Assembly: GCA_963727455.1 (NCBI GenBank)
Contig: CAVSGG010000001.1
Coordinates: forward strand, 66,743-130,742
Reading direction: 5' to 3'
DNA length: 64,000 bases
Source of the DNA: Candidatus Krumholzibacteriota bacterium
GTDB lineage: Bacteria > Krumholzibacteriota > Krumholzibacteriia > JAJRXK01
The notes beneath the pieces are model-generated. The model had not been told where the DNA came from, searched no databases, and saw nothing but the letters and a program-made list of their open reading frames with translations. Made by a program: the position numbers and the translations under genes. Shown one piece after another: positions 30,952-40,548 of this stretch (positions are counted from its first letter, which is position 1; every line of letters begins with the position of its first letter).

Positions 30952-32248
30952 ATGCCAGCTCCTTTTGTCTGAGACCCAAGTAGCGTCCTACGATCCCCCA
31001 GAGCAAGCTCAGAGGAACCGCCGCGAACGCGAGTGCGGAGAGACTCACGCCGATTCCACTGAAGATACCGAAGAGCGCGGAAGCCATGGCGTCCCCTCCC
31101 CGGTAGACGAAGGTGTCGAGGAAACTCTTGGCTTTGTACTTTTCAGCAAGGCCCAAAATTGTAAACAGAGTCTCTCGCGCAGGCCGCATGATCGCATAAT
31201 TTCCCGCGCGGCGAGAGACCTGGAAAATGACGAGCACGCTCAAGCTCGGGCTCAGTCCGAGCATGAAGAATCCCAGCGCTGAAAGTAGCGGAACGAGAAT
31301 CAGAGCCCAGCCGACGCCCAGTCGGCTCATGATCTGAGCCGTGACAAAGATCTGCAAGAGCACGGTGATGAGATTCACCCAGAGATCGATGCGGGCGAAG
31401 AGAGCCGCCCGCGCGGCGCGATCTGCGACGGCCTTGGCCACGATGTTGGCCTGTTCGAAGTAGAGAATCGTGGAGGCAAAGCTGTAGCAAAAGAGAAAGA
31501 TCGCGATCGCGAGCAAGTACCGCGAGCGGATGACGAGCAAGAGTCCTTCCCACAACGAAGGACGAGGAGCGGGATTTAGAGACCGTACGCTACGAGTCGG
31601 CGCCGGCGGTCTTCCGGAAGAAGCCAACTCGCTCTCCTTTCGTCTTCGATCGAAGCGCCGTCGCAAAGTTCCTACGATACGAACTGCGACCTCCAAGAGT
31701 ACCACCGAGATCAAAATGAGATTTACGCGCCCCAGAATTCCCACCAGAAATGCAGTGAGGGCAGCCCCGAGGGTCGCACCCAAGCTGCCTCCTACCGCGA
31801 TGACCCCAAACAGCCGCTTGCTCTGGTTCAAGCCGAAACCATCGGCCATGAACGCCCAGAACAGGGAGACCAAGAACATGTTGAAGACGCTGATCCAGAC
31901 GTAGAACACCCGACCGAGAACGATCTCCGCGTCCTTCGGCAGGACCTTCAAGAGCAAGAGGAAGACGAGCAGGTTCGCGCCGAAGAAGCGGTAGGTGTAG
32001 ACGAGAAACTTGCGGCTCTGAAATCGTCGCGTCATCCAGCCGAATACGGGGGTGGCCAAGAGGGTCGCCAAGAGGGTGATCTGAAATAGCCAGGGGAGGT
32101 TCCGTGTGCCGCCGGCGATTCCCATTTCTTCGCGCAAAGGGCGCAGGATGTAGTAACTGCACAGGAGGAAGAAGAATAGCGCCGCGGCGAGCAGAACCGT
32201 GCCCAGCTCCTTCCTTTCGACGCGGGTGAGCCTGGTGAGTAGGTCCAA
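30932..32248 (-). CDS. MFS-fold NTP/NDP exchange transporter (Npt/AAA family-like)
   Basis: SYYILRPLRE, SLFWAFMAD, RPARETLFT...KYKAKSFLDTFVYRGGD; start codon uncertain. Confidence 0.8.
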   Translation of the reverse strand: MDLLTRLTRVERKELGTVLLAAALFFFLLCSYYILRPLREEMGIAGGTRNLPWLFQITLLATLLATPVFGWMTRRFQSRKFLVYTYRFFGANLLVFLLLLKVLPKDAEIVLGRVFYVWISVFNMFLVSLFWAFMADGFGLNQSKRLFGVIAVGGSLGATLGAALTAFLVGILGRVNLILISVVLLEVAVRIVGTLRRRFDRRRKESELASSGRPPAPTRSVRSLNPAPRPSLWEGLLLVIRSRYLLAIAIFLFCYSFASTILYFEQANIVAKAVADRAARAALFARIDLWVNLITVLLQIFVTAQIMSRLGVGWALILVPLLSALGFFMLGLSPSLSVLVIFQVSRRAGNYAIMRPARETLFTILGLAEKYKAKSFLDTFVYRGGDAMASALFGIFSGIGVSLSALAFAAVPLSLLWGIVGRYLGLRQKELAYESGSS

Positions 32249-32419
32249 GGGTGCTGGGCGGCCGCCGCCCGAGGCGAGGGGGAAGGTGGTAGACGAGCAA
32301 GTCCTCCTCTTACGAGGAAAACCAGAAAAAGATTCTATCCTTTCACGGGCCTCTCTTCCATGGGCCCCTGGCCGCAAGAACGGCCTTGACCGCGCGCCAG
32401 GGTAGGCCATCTTCAGCCC

Positions 32420-33073
32420 ATGTTTGGATTCGCGGTACTCGCATTCAGCTCGCTCTTCGCGGTCATCGACCCACCGGGCTGTATCCCCTTTTTCAGCGGG
32501 CTCACCGCGCGCATGGAGGAGCGTGCGCGCAAGCGCGTGCTGCGCAAGGCGCTTCTCACCGCCTTCCTGGTGCTCCTGGTGTTCACCTTGGCCGGACAGG
32601 CCCTGCTTTCCGTGTTTGGCATCACTCTGGGTGCATTCCGCATTGCCGGAGGAGTCATCTTTTTCGGCATCGGTCTGGACATGTTGCAGTCCCGGGCCAG
32701 ACGCTGGCGCACCGGGATCAACGCCGCGGCCAGCCGCGATCACATCGAGGCGGGCCTGCTTGAGGAAGAAGATCCTTCCATCACTCCGCTGGCCGTTCCT
32801 CTGATCGCGGGTCCCGGCTCCATCACCACGGTCATGGTGCTTTGCGCCGAAGGCGATCAGACCCTCCTCACCAAGTCGATCGTGATTTCCGCCACCCTGC
32901 TAATTTTGCTGCTCACCGGAGGAATCCTCATCGGTGCGGACATGGTCTTGCGCCGCGTTGGACACACCGGCCTCAAGATCGTCGAGAAGCTCATGGGGCT
33001 CCTGCTGACGGTCATCGCCGTTCAGTTCATTCTCAACGGCCTGCGCCCCTATATCGAGGGCTTCATCAAGTAG
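32420..33073 (+). CDS. marC: MarC family integral membrane protein
   Basis: FAVIDPPG, FRIAGG, PLAVPLIAGPGSI, KLMGLLL. Confidence 0.88.
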   Translation: MFGFAVLAFSSLFAVIDPPGCIPFFSGLTARMEERARKRVLRKALLTAFLVLLVFTLAGQALLSVFGITLGAFRIAGGVIFFGIGLDMLQSRARRWRTGINAAASRDHIEAGLLEEEDPSITPLAVPLIAGPGSITTVMVLCAEGDQTLLTKSIVISATLLILLLTGGILIGADMVLRRVGHTGLKIVEKLMGLLLTVIAVQFILNGLRPYIEGFIK

Positions 33074-33161
33074 GGGACCTGGGGAACTCCTATCTCCCGT
33101 GTCGCATTTACCCAGAGTGGAGTAAATTAGGTGGAGGTCTCTCCCGCATGAGGACGCGCCC

Positions 33162-35822
33162 ATGTCCGAACTGCCCGAAATGCTTGGCCGCCAGCGTGAG
33201 CGCGCCAATCTGGAGTCCGCAGCGGCGGATGCGCTCTCGGGCGGCGGGGGGCTCGTTCTGCTCTGCGGTGAGGCGGGAATGGGCACCACCCACCTCGCGC
33301 AGCAGTTTCTCGGACACGGGGATCTGGTCACTCTGATCGCCCGCGCCCAGGAAGATCACGCTCCCTCCTACGGAATCTTCCGGACCCTCTTGGAGCAAGC
33401 GCTCGATCGTTTGCAGGCACGGGAAATCGAAGAGCTTTCCGGATCACGCTTTCTCAATCTGCTCTTGCCCGCGCGCGGGCCGGCTCCAGGAGAGTTCGAG
33501 TCCTCCGAGTTGGTTGATGCAGTCTGTGAGGTGTTTCGGCGCCTCTCGCGCAAGGCGCCACTCTGTATTTTCTTGGACGACTTGCACTGGTCCGACCATG
33601 CGAGCATCGAAATGCTGAGTCTCATGCCGCCGCGTCTCCGCGGGGAATCCATTCTCTTTCTCGTGACCTACCGTAACGACGTAGTCCGCGGGGAACATCC
33701 GCTGCGAGGTCTGAGGGAGGGCTTGCTTGGAACCGATCAGCTTTACGAAATCGTTCTGGAACCCCTGCGACCCAGAGATGCCTCGGAGCTCGTCCGCAGG
33801 ACGCTTGGAGCACCGCCCTCCCCTCAGCTCCTGAATTTGCTGCTGCAGAGCAGCCACGGGATTCCCCTGCACTTGGAGGAGATCGCTCTCGCGCTGTACC
33901 ACAGTGGCCGCTTGCGCGAGGAGAAGGGCGGGTTCGTCCTGGTATCCGAGCCGTCCTCGTTTCAGATGGGGAGCCTGCAGGATGCCATGCTCAACAAGAT
34001 CGATCGGCTTTCGGCCGCGGCCCGAGAGCTTTCCGAAGCCGCCGCCATCGTGGGACAGGACCGCGAACTCGAGCTCGTATTCTCGGTGGCGGGAAGCTCG
34101 GAGGGGATCGCCGAGCTCTTCGAAGCCGGGGTCCTGCTCGAGACCCAGCCCGGCAAGGTCTCGTTCCGCCATTGCCTCACCCGGCAGGCCATTCTCAGCC
34201 AGATTTCGTGGACGCGGGCCAAGCTTTTACACAAGCGATACACCGAGGTCTTGCAATCACGCCACGCCGAACCGGAGATCCTGAGCGTCCACCTGTTGGC
34301 ATCGGGGCAGACGACGGAAGCGAGGCGCAGCTTCATGGAGGCCGCGCAAGCCGCGTGCGATCTTCACGCGTATCACGACGCGATGCTCTGGGCCAACCAG
34401 GCGCTCGAACTCTGGCCGGAGGAGGTGGAGGAAGAGCATCGTCTGGAGGTCCTAGAACAGCTCAGTCATTGCGCGCGCGAAAGCGGTCACTTCAAGGATG
34501 CGGCGCGTGCGCTACGCGAAGTGGTGAGCTCGCGGCGCCTGCACCGAAAGCCTGAACGCCGCGCGCGTGCGCTACGCGCGCTGGCCGAGGTACGATACGA
34601 ACAGGGTCTATACGAGCACGCTTTGACCACGAAACGTAGCGCGGCCGAGGCCTTCCTCGAGGCGAAGGAGCCGGCGGAAGCGGCCGAAGAATATCTTGGG
34701 ATCGCCAATCAGCTCGTCGTCGGCCTGCGCCACGGCGATGCCGAGAAAGCCTGCTTACGCGCGCATAGCTGCGCTTCCGATTCAGAGAACTTCCAACTGA
34801 GAACGCGCGTCGAGATCCTGCTGGGTCAGGTGCTGGCAATGCGCGGCCGCGGGAAAGAGGGGCAGGCCAAGTTGGAGGCGGCACTCGACTCCGCCCGCCA
34901 GCGAGAAAGCGCTCGCCTGGTTTGTGAGGCGAGTCACGGCTTGGCGACGACGGCCGAATATGCCTCGTTGTACCCGCGCGCGCGTGTGCTCTATCGGACG
35001 GCCCAAGAAGTGTGTGACAAGAGCGGCCTGCCGGGCATGGCGCAGCTGAGCTCGGGAAGATTGTCCTGGGTCCTGTTTCGTTTGGGCGAGTGGGAAGATG
35101 CGGCAACGCTGGCGCGCGCCGCTCTGCGCGACCCGCTGCACGCCGAACGCCTGCGCGGAATCTTCGAGGGGATCCTCGGCCTCATCGCCGCGCATCGCGG
35201 GAACCTCGCCGCCCGGGCTCATTTGAAGGAGAGCTTGCGCTACGCGCGTCGCCATCATGCCGTGCTGGTGGAACTCTTGGATTTCTGGGGTCTGGCGGTT
35301 CACTACGAACACGAGGGAAGCGCGTCGGATGCGGCGGAGAACTATCGCCGCATGCTGGGGCTCTGGCAACGCTGCGAAGATCGGCACGACCTCGTCGCGG
35401 GAATCTGCGCCGCCGCGGGCTTCTTCGTGCGCCAAAGCGATCTCCTGCAACTCACGCGTTGCCTCGACACCATCATCACCATGCAGCGTGCGGGTGACAA
35501 TCCCGAATGTGCAGCCGCGCTTGCTTACGTACGCGCCGAGCAGACTCTTCAGAATGGTCGGAGTGAGGAAGCTTGCGAGCATTTCCACGAAGCAGTGAGG
35601 GGCTTCAGCGAGTTGAAGCTCCCCTTGGAACAAGCCCGGAGCCTGTTGGGACTGGCGCGGGCGCTGGTGGGCTGTCAACGAAAGCATGAGGCCCTGACTG
35701 TGCTCGAGCGAGCACGGACCATCAGTATGAAACTCCACGCGCACCCAATCCGAGAACAGATCGAGGCAGAGATTTTCCTGCACGAAAAGGGCACGGAAGA
35801 CGAGGCGGCGGATGGGGCCTGA
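33162..35822 (+). CDS. AAA_16/STAND-like ATPase with TPR-like helical repeats, no effector domain
   Basis: LGRQRE, GEAGMGTT (Walker A Lys replaced), FLDDLHWSD, GIPLHLEE, FRHCL. Confidence 0.75.
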   Translation: MSELPEMLGRQRERANLESAAADALSGGGGLVLLCGEAGMGTTHLAQQFLGHGDLVTLIARAQEDHAPSYGIFRTLLEQALDRLQAREIEELSGSRFLNLLLPARGPAPGEFESSELVDAVCEVFRRLSRKAPLCIFLDDLHWSDHASIEMLSLMPPRLRGESILFLVTYRNDVVRGEHPLRGLREGLLGTDQLYEIVLEPLRPRDASELVRRTLGAPPSPQLLNLLLQSSHGIPLHLEEIALALYHSGRLREEKGGFVLVSEPSSFQMGSLQDAMLNKIDRLSAAARELSEAAAIVGQDRELELVFSVAGSSEGIAELFEAGVLLETQPGKVSFRHCLTRQAILSQISWTRAKLLHKRYTEVLQSRHAEPEILSVHLLASGQTTEARRSFMEAAQAACDLHAYHDAMLWANQALELWPEEVEEEHRLEVLEQLSHCARESGHFKDAARALREVVSSRRLHRKPERRARALRALAEVRYEQGLYEHALTTKRSAAEAFLEAKEPAEAAEEYLGIANQLVVGLRHGDAEKACLRAHSCASDSENFQLRTRVEILLGQVLAMRGRGKEGQAKLEAALDSARQRESARLVCEASHGLATTAEYASLYPRARVLYRTAQEVCDKSGLPGMAQLSSGRLSWVLFRLGEWEDAATLARAALRDPLHAERLRGIFEGILGLIAAHRGNLAARAHLKESLRYARRHHAVLVELLDFWGLAVHYEHEGSASDAAENYRRMLGLWQRCEDRHDLVAGICAAAGFFVRQSDLLQLTRCLDTIITMQRAGDNPECAAALAYVRAEQTLQNGRSEEACEHFHEAVRGFSELKLPLEQARSLLGLARALVGCQRKHEALTVLERARTISMKLHAHPIREQIEAEIFLHEKGTEDEAADGA

Positions 35823-38591
35823 TCAGGCGATGAGCGACGGTACCGTTTCGCCGTCGCGGAGGTCCCACAGGCCGGCGCGAAGAATCTCTTGAGGACCAAG
35901 CTGCAGCGAGTCGTCGCCCAGAAGCGCTCGAAGCACCTCTACCGGCTTGATGGAATAGCTGAGGTCGATGCGCAAACGCAAGAAGAGACAGAGCGAGGGT
36001 AAGTGCGCGGCCAAGGCCCCGGGAAGGCTGCTCCTGTCCTCTTCAGTGGCGATACGACATTCCTCCACCACGGCACGTGCGTCGACGACACGCTGCTTGC
36101 GTTTGCGCACGATGGTGATCTCGTGCGAGTCGGAGGCGAGAAAGCGCGCGATGCGCATCTTCCATCCCTCCTCGGATCGGTCCGACGAGCCCCTACTGAG
36201 CCCATCGATCTTCAAAAAATAATCGGCGCGGGCCAAACACTTGCTGAGTCCCCTCTCTCCTTCCTCCAGGATGCGGCATCCAGTGAAGACGAGCCCCTCT
36301 TCGCTCACCTCGTTGAGACGCTGCAGAATTTCCTGCGGAGCAATTCGCTCGCGCAGTTTCACCTCTGCCAGTTCGCCCGCGCTCTCGATACCCAAGGAGA
36401 GGGCGGGCCCGAAGGAGACGGCGGGCTTGGGGTGGTAGCCCTGCGTGTAGTACACCGGCAGCTGAGCTCGCTTCAGGGTGCGAGGGAACTTGCGCACCAG
36501 ATCGAGGTGTCCGGTGAGGGCGTCGGCACCCGTCTTTTGGAATTGGAGCCGCACGCGCACGGGGCTTCCCTGCTGAAAATCGTGGGGCGCTGCCCCGGGG
36601 TTGGACCTTGCACTTGCGCCTAGCTCCTCGGGCTCGGCATTTGGCCGGTGGCCGGGCTCGAGGGCGCCGAGGGATCGCAAGTAGTCCGCGCGCTCCTCGC
36701 GCATCGCGGTCATGTCGCAGGTAACGCCGCAGTTGTAGCAGACAAGCTTGCGTCGATCGGCTTCGTGCTCCTTCAGATTCGTGTGGTGAACCTGGGCGCC
36801 GACCGGTTTCCCGCAGGGCGGAGCCAAACGGCCGCGCATGGAAATTCGGTAGTCACGCAGCAGAAACTTCGGATCGAGCGCCATGTCAAGATGATCCCAG
36901 GGAAGCCGCACGTCGGTGGCGATGGTCCCCAGATACAGGGCGGGGTCGATGCCGCTCTCCTCGATGGCTTCCTTCCATGCGTCCCATTGCAGAAGTTCGC
37001 TCCACCCGTCGAAGCGCGCACCCTTTCGCCAGGCCGACTCGATTACTTGCGCCACGCGCCGGTCACCGCGTCCGATGAGCCCTTCCAGGAAAGAGGTGCG
37101 CGGATCGTGCCGGCGAAATTCCAGCCGATAACGGCGGGCAAGTTGAAAGAGGATGTCCTGCTTGCGCTCGATTTCGCCGATGGAATCCATGGCCGCCCAC
37201 TGGAAGGGAGTATGGGGCTTGGGCACGTGACTGCTCACGGCGACGGTAACGCCCGCCTTGCCGCGATGATAGCCGCGCCCGATCTCCTTCATTCTGTGAC
37301 TCATTTCCATGATCCCGCTCACGTCATCATCCTCTTCGCTGGGGAGACCGATCATGAAATAGAGCTTCATGCGGCTCCAGCCGCGCGAGAACACGCGATG
37401 GGCGGTTCGTGTAATGTCGTCCTCGCTGATGTTCTTGTTGATGACGTCGCGCATGCGCTGGCTGCCCGCTTCTGGGGCAAAGGTGAGGCCAGTGGCGCGG
37501 ACGCTGGAGATCTCGTCCAGAAGCTCCTCGTCCAAGCCGTAAGCGCGCAGGGACGCGATGGAGAGTGAGACCTTGTCCGGGCGCAGCTTCTCCATGACCC
37601 GCTTGATGAGCGGAGAGATACAGGAATAGTCGGCGGTGCTCAGAGTAGTGAGTCCCGCCTCGTCGTAGCCGCCCTTCTCGAGAGCCGAGACCAGGGTGTC
37701 GACGATCTGCTGAGGCTCGCGCTCCCGGACCGGACGGTAGATCATTCCCGCCTGGCAAAAGCGGCAACCCTCGGTGCAACCGCGCGCGATTTCCACGCTC
37801 ATCCGGTCAAAAATGGCCTCCGCCGCGGCAACCGGCGAGTCGTCCGGAAAAGGGTAGCGGTCGAGATCCTCGACGATGCAACGCCTCGGATGGGCGGGTA
37901 CTTCCGCGTAGCGAGGCGCAGTCACGACTTCGAAACCGCCGCGATCGACCACCGCGGTTTCGTAGAGGGCGGGGCAGTAGAGCCCGTCCAGTTTGGCGAG
38001 GGCAATTAGGGTGTCGTGACGCGATAGTCCTTCCTGCTTGCAATCCGCCAGCTTCGTGAGCAGCTCGGGCAACTTTTCCTCTGCGTCGCCAATCAGAAAG
38101 ACGTCGACGAAGGGAGCCATGGCCTCGGGCTGTGTCGCCACGGGACCGCCGGCCAGGATCAGAGGATGGCTTTCGTTTCGCACTTCCCCCCGCAGGGGAA
38201 TGCCGCACAGATCCAGGATGTTCAGAAGATTGGTGAAGGTGAGCTCGTACTGCAGGGAGAAACCCACGGCGTCGAATTCGGCGAGACTGCGGTGAGTCTC
38301 CAGGGAGAGGACGGGAAGTCCCCGCGTACGCAGTTGGGCCTCCATGTCCGGCCAGGGCGCAAAGGCCCTTTCGCAGAGCATGTCTTCCCGCTTGTTGACC
38401 AGCGAGTAGAGAATCTTTGTGCCCAGATGACTCATCCCAATGTCGTAGAGATCGGGGAACGCCAGGGCCAACTGCACGCGGACCGCCTTCGGGTCCTTCA
38501 CGATCTGGTTGTATTCCCCACCGATGTATCGGGCCGGTTTTTCGACCTCGTGGAGGAAGGAAGCGTAAGGATGCGCTTGCAGACTGGACAT
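35823..38591 (-). CDS. TIGR03960-type B12-binding radical SAM protein fused to DUF2344/TIGR03936 domain
   Basis: KPARYIGGE, FPDLYDIGMSHLG, CTEGCRFC, PKPHTPFQW; C-terminal YTQGYHPKPAVSFGPAL. Confidence 0.88.
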   Translation of the reverse strand: MSSLQAHPYASFLHEVEKPARYIGGEYNQIVKDPKAVRVQLALAFPDLYDIGMSHLGTKILYSLVNKREDMLCERAFAPWPDMEAQLRTRGLPVLSLETHRSLAEFDAVGFSLQYELTFTNLLNILDLCGIPLRGEVRNESHPLILAGGPVATQPEAMAPFVDVFLIGDAEEKLPELLTKLADCKQEGLSRHDTLIALAKLDGLYCPALYETAVVDRGGFEVVTAPRYAEVPAHPRRCIVEDLDRYPFPDDSPVAAAEAIFDRMSVEIARGCTEGCRFCQAGMIYRPVREREPQQIVDTLVSALEKGGYDEAGLTTLSTADYSCISPLIKRVMEKLRPDKVSLSIASLRAYGLDEELLDEISSVRATGLTFAPEAGSQRMRDVINKNISEDDITRTAHRVFSRGWSRMKLYFMIGLPSEEDDDVSGIMEMSHRMKEIGRGYHRGKAGVTVAVSSHVPKPHTPFQWAAMDSIGEIERKQDILFQLARRYRLEFRRHDPRTSFLEGLIGRGDRRVAQVIESAWRKGARFDGWSELLQWDAWKEAIEESGIDPALYLGTIATDVRLPWDHLDMALDPKFLLRDYRISMRGRLAPPCGKPVGAQVHHTNLKEHEADRRKLVCYNCGVTCDMTAMREERADYLRSLGALEPGHRPNAEPEELGASARSNPGAAPHDFQQGSPVRVRLQFQKTGADALTGHLDLVRKFPRTLKRAQLPVYYTQGYHPKPAVSFGPALSLGIESAGELAEVKLRERIAPQEILQRLNEVSEEGLVFTGCRILEEGERGLSKCLARADYFLKIDGLSRGSSDRSEEGWKMRIARFLASDSHEITIVRKRKQRVVDARAVVEECRIATEEDRSSLPGALAAHLPSLCLFLRLRIDLSYSIKPVEVLRALLGDDSLQLGPQEILRAGLWDLRDGETVPSLIA

Positions 38592-38640
38592 GAGCTCGGC
38601 GATTCGAAACGGGGAAACGGAATCTAGACGGAGCGCCGTT

Positions 38641-40185
38641 TCAGCGCATGGACGATACCACGGTTTCCACCGGCCGCGGGCTGGTGCTTCGTCGCGCCAA
38701 TTCGCGCCTCGTCAGGTCCTTGAAGAGCTGGTAGCGCCGCAGGACCTGCCGGACATAGGCTACGGTCTCGGTGCCGCGGACGTAACCGTAGCGTACCTGA
38801 CGATGATATTCGGGCTTGCGCAACAACAGCAAGCTCTCTTCGACCGAGCCATCCCATCGGTTGGGATCCTTTTCACGCATGACCGAGAGGATGCGGGCAT
38901 CGTCGACGTGGCCCATTCCCGCGTTGTAGGCGGCGAGGGTGAACTTCAAGCGCTGTTTGTCCGGAAGGTAGCCGTAGGCGTCGTAGAGTTTGCGCAGGAA
39001 CGCCGCGCCGACGTCGAGGTTCACGCTAGGAATCGTCAGACTGTCTGCACTAGCGCCGTGCGCGGTGGGCATGACTTGCATGAGTCCAACCGCTCCCGCC
39101 CAGGAGGTGCGATTCGGATCGAAGTGGCTCTCCTGAAAACACACGCTCGCCAAGAGACGCCAATCGAGGTCGTGATCCTCAGCCGCTTTCTGCAGGAGAT
39201 CATCGTACGGAGAGATGCGGCCGGTGCGCGCCAGGTGAAATGGGTTCTCCGCGCGCCGCAAGATTTGCCGTTCGTCTTTGAAATATTTGTCGACCAGAAC
39301 GTTGTACAGTTTCGATCCGGCCACCTCGCCATTTTCCTTGATCGAATAGTTGCGCGCGAGGAAGCGGTTGACCGCGGCCAGTAGTTTGGGGCTGTTCTTT
39401 CGCGTGGCCCAACTCACGCTCTGATTCTCTCCTAGAGCGAAGGCGATGGATAGCTCGGGACGAAGGGTCATTGCGGCGCGCGCCACGCGACTGCTCGCGA
39501 TCGCAGCCTGATAGGTTCCGTCGGCGACCATGTCCAAAATATCTTCGGTCGAAACGTCCGGCGGGAGGTAGACGATGCCCACGTCGATGCCGCGGATTCT
39601 CAGCTGAGTCAAGAGCTCCTGCTCGTTGGAATAGCGCTGTACCGCCACCACGCGGCCCTGGAGATCCTTCTCGCTGCGGTAGAAGTGCAGATAGTCGTGC
39701 GGGACCACCAGAACCGGCTGGATTTCATTGTAGGGCCGGCTGAAGGCGGCTGCCTTCTTCAGGGACTCGGTGGGAACGATGGGAGCAGCGACCAGATCGC
39801 CCAGGCCGCGGTTGAGCATACTCAACATACTACTCTGACTGTCGGCCACGACGACTTCGAGTTTCACGTGCAGCTCTTTGGCCAGGTCGTCGGCCAGCTC
39901 ATACTCGAAGCCCAGCTCTTCGCCGCGCAGAATCAGGTAGGAGCTGCTGTTGTTGCGAGTGAGAATGCGCAGAACGCCGGACGCGCGAATCGCGTCGAGA
40001 TCCCGATCCACCGTGGGTTCGCTCACCGCGATGCTGGTATCGGCTTCTTCATGACCTGGTTGGGGGGCCTGCGTACCGCAAGAGGACAAGAGACCCAGCA
40101 ATGCCACCGAAAAGAGCACACCTCCGCCCATGATGCGAAGCATCCACTGTGCGATCAAATGGTCCTGCCGTTGGCGTGGCGTCAT
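38641..40185 (-). CDS. mltF: Membrane-bound lytic murein transglycosylase MltF-like (SBP plus SLT), lipoprotein
   Basis: Lipobox LLSSC; GFEYELA; QESHF, GAVGLMQ, AAYNAG, GYVRGTE. Confidence 0.85.
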   Translation of the reverse strand: MTPRQRQDHLIAQWMLRIMGGGVLFSVALLGLLSSCGTQAPQPGHEEADTSIAVSEPTVDRDLDAIRASGVLRILTRNNSSSYLILRGEELGFEYELADDLAKELHVKLEVVVADSQSSMLSMLNRGLGDLVAAPIVPTESLKKAAAFSRPYNEIQPVLVVPHDYLHFYRSEKDLQGRVVAVQRYSNEQELLTQLRIRGIDVGIVYLPPDVSTEDILDMVADGTYQAAIASSRVARAAMTLRPELSIAFALGENQSVSWATRKNSPKLLAAVNRFLARNYSIKENGEVAGSKLYNVLVDKYFKDERQILRRAENPFHLARTGRISPYDDLLQKAAEDHDLDWRLLASVCFQESHFDPNRTSWAGAVGLMQVMPTAHGASADSLTIPSVNLDVGAAFLRKLYDAYGYLPDKQRLKFTLAAYNAGMGHVDDARILSVMREKDPNRWDGSVEESLLLLRKPEYHRQVRYGYVRGTETVAYVRQVLRRYQLFKDLTRRELARRSTSPRPVETVVSSMR

Positions 40186-40350
40186 GATTCGGTGACTTGG
40201 TGAGAGGAAAGGTAAGGGGCTTCGTGAAAGTACGAATTCGGGTGAGAGGACATTACCCCTGCCAAAAAGCTTGAACCATCCGGGGGGCGCAAGTCAAGGG
40301 GGCGCCTACAATGCAGGAACGAAGTTCGGCCTCCGCCAGAAGATTTCTGG

Positions 40351-40429
40351 GGAAAGCAGGAAAGCACGGGAAAGCAGGGGGCCGGATTCGCCCCGATCCA
40401 GCCGGTTGGCAGCGGATTTACGGCGGATT
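40351..40429. repeat. Short direct repeats in the mltF/kinase intergenic region
   Basis: GGAAAGCA x3 (40351, 40359, 40369) and CGGATT x3 (40383, 40413, 40424). Confidence 0.55.
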
Positions 40430-40548
40430 CACGCCAATGGGTATTGCTGAGAAAGGAAGCGCCGGTACGGGCGATTTCAGCCGACTTACTAATAAAGGAT
40501 GGCGGCTCTCACTTGTCGCGCTGACGGGGGCGGATTTAAGCTCTGTCC

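Noticed and set aside
32249-32743. 165-aa N-terminal extension of the transporter ORF
   Set aside because: Largely the antisense of marC and intergenic DNA
35823-38591. Radical SAM-DUF2344 fusion as a novelty
   Set aside because: Fusion of these two normally adjacent families is already known
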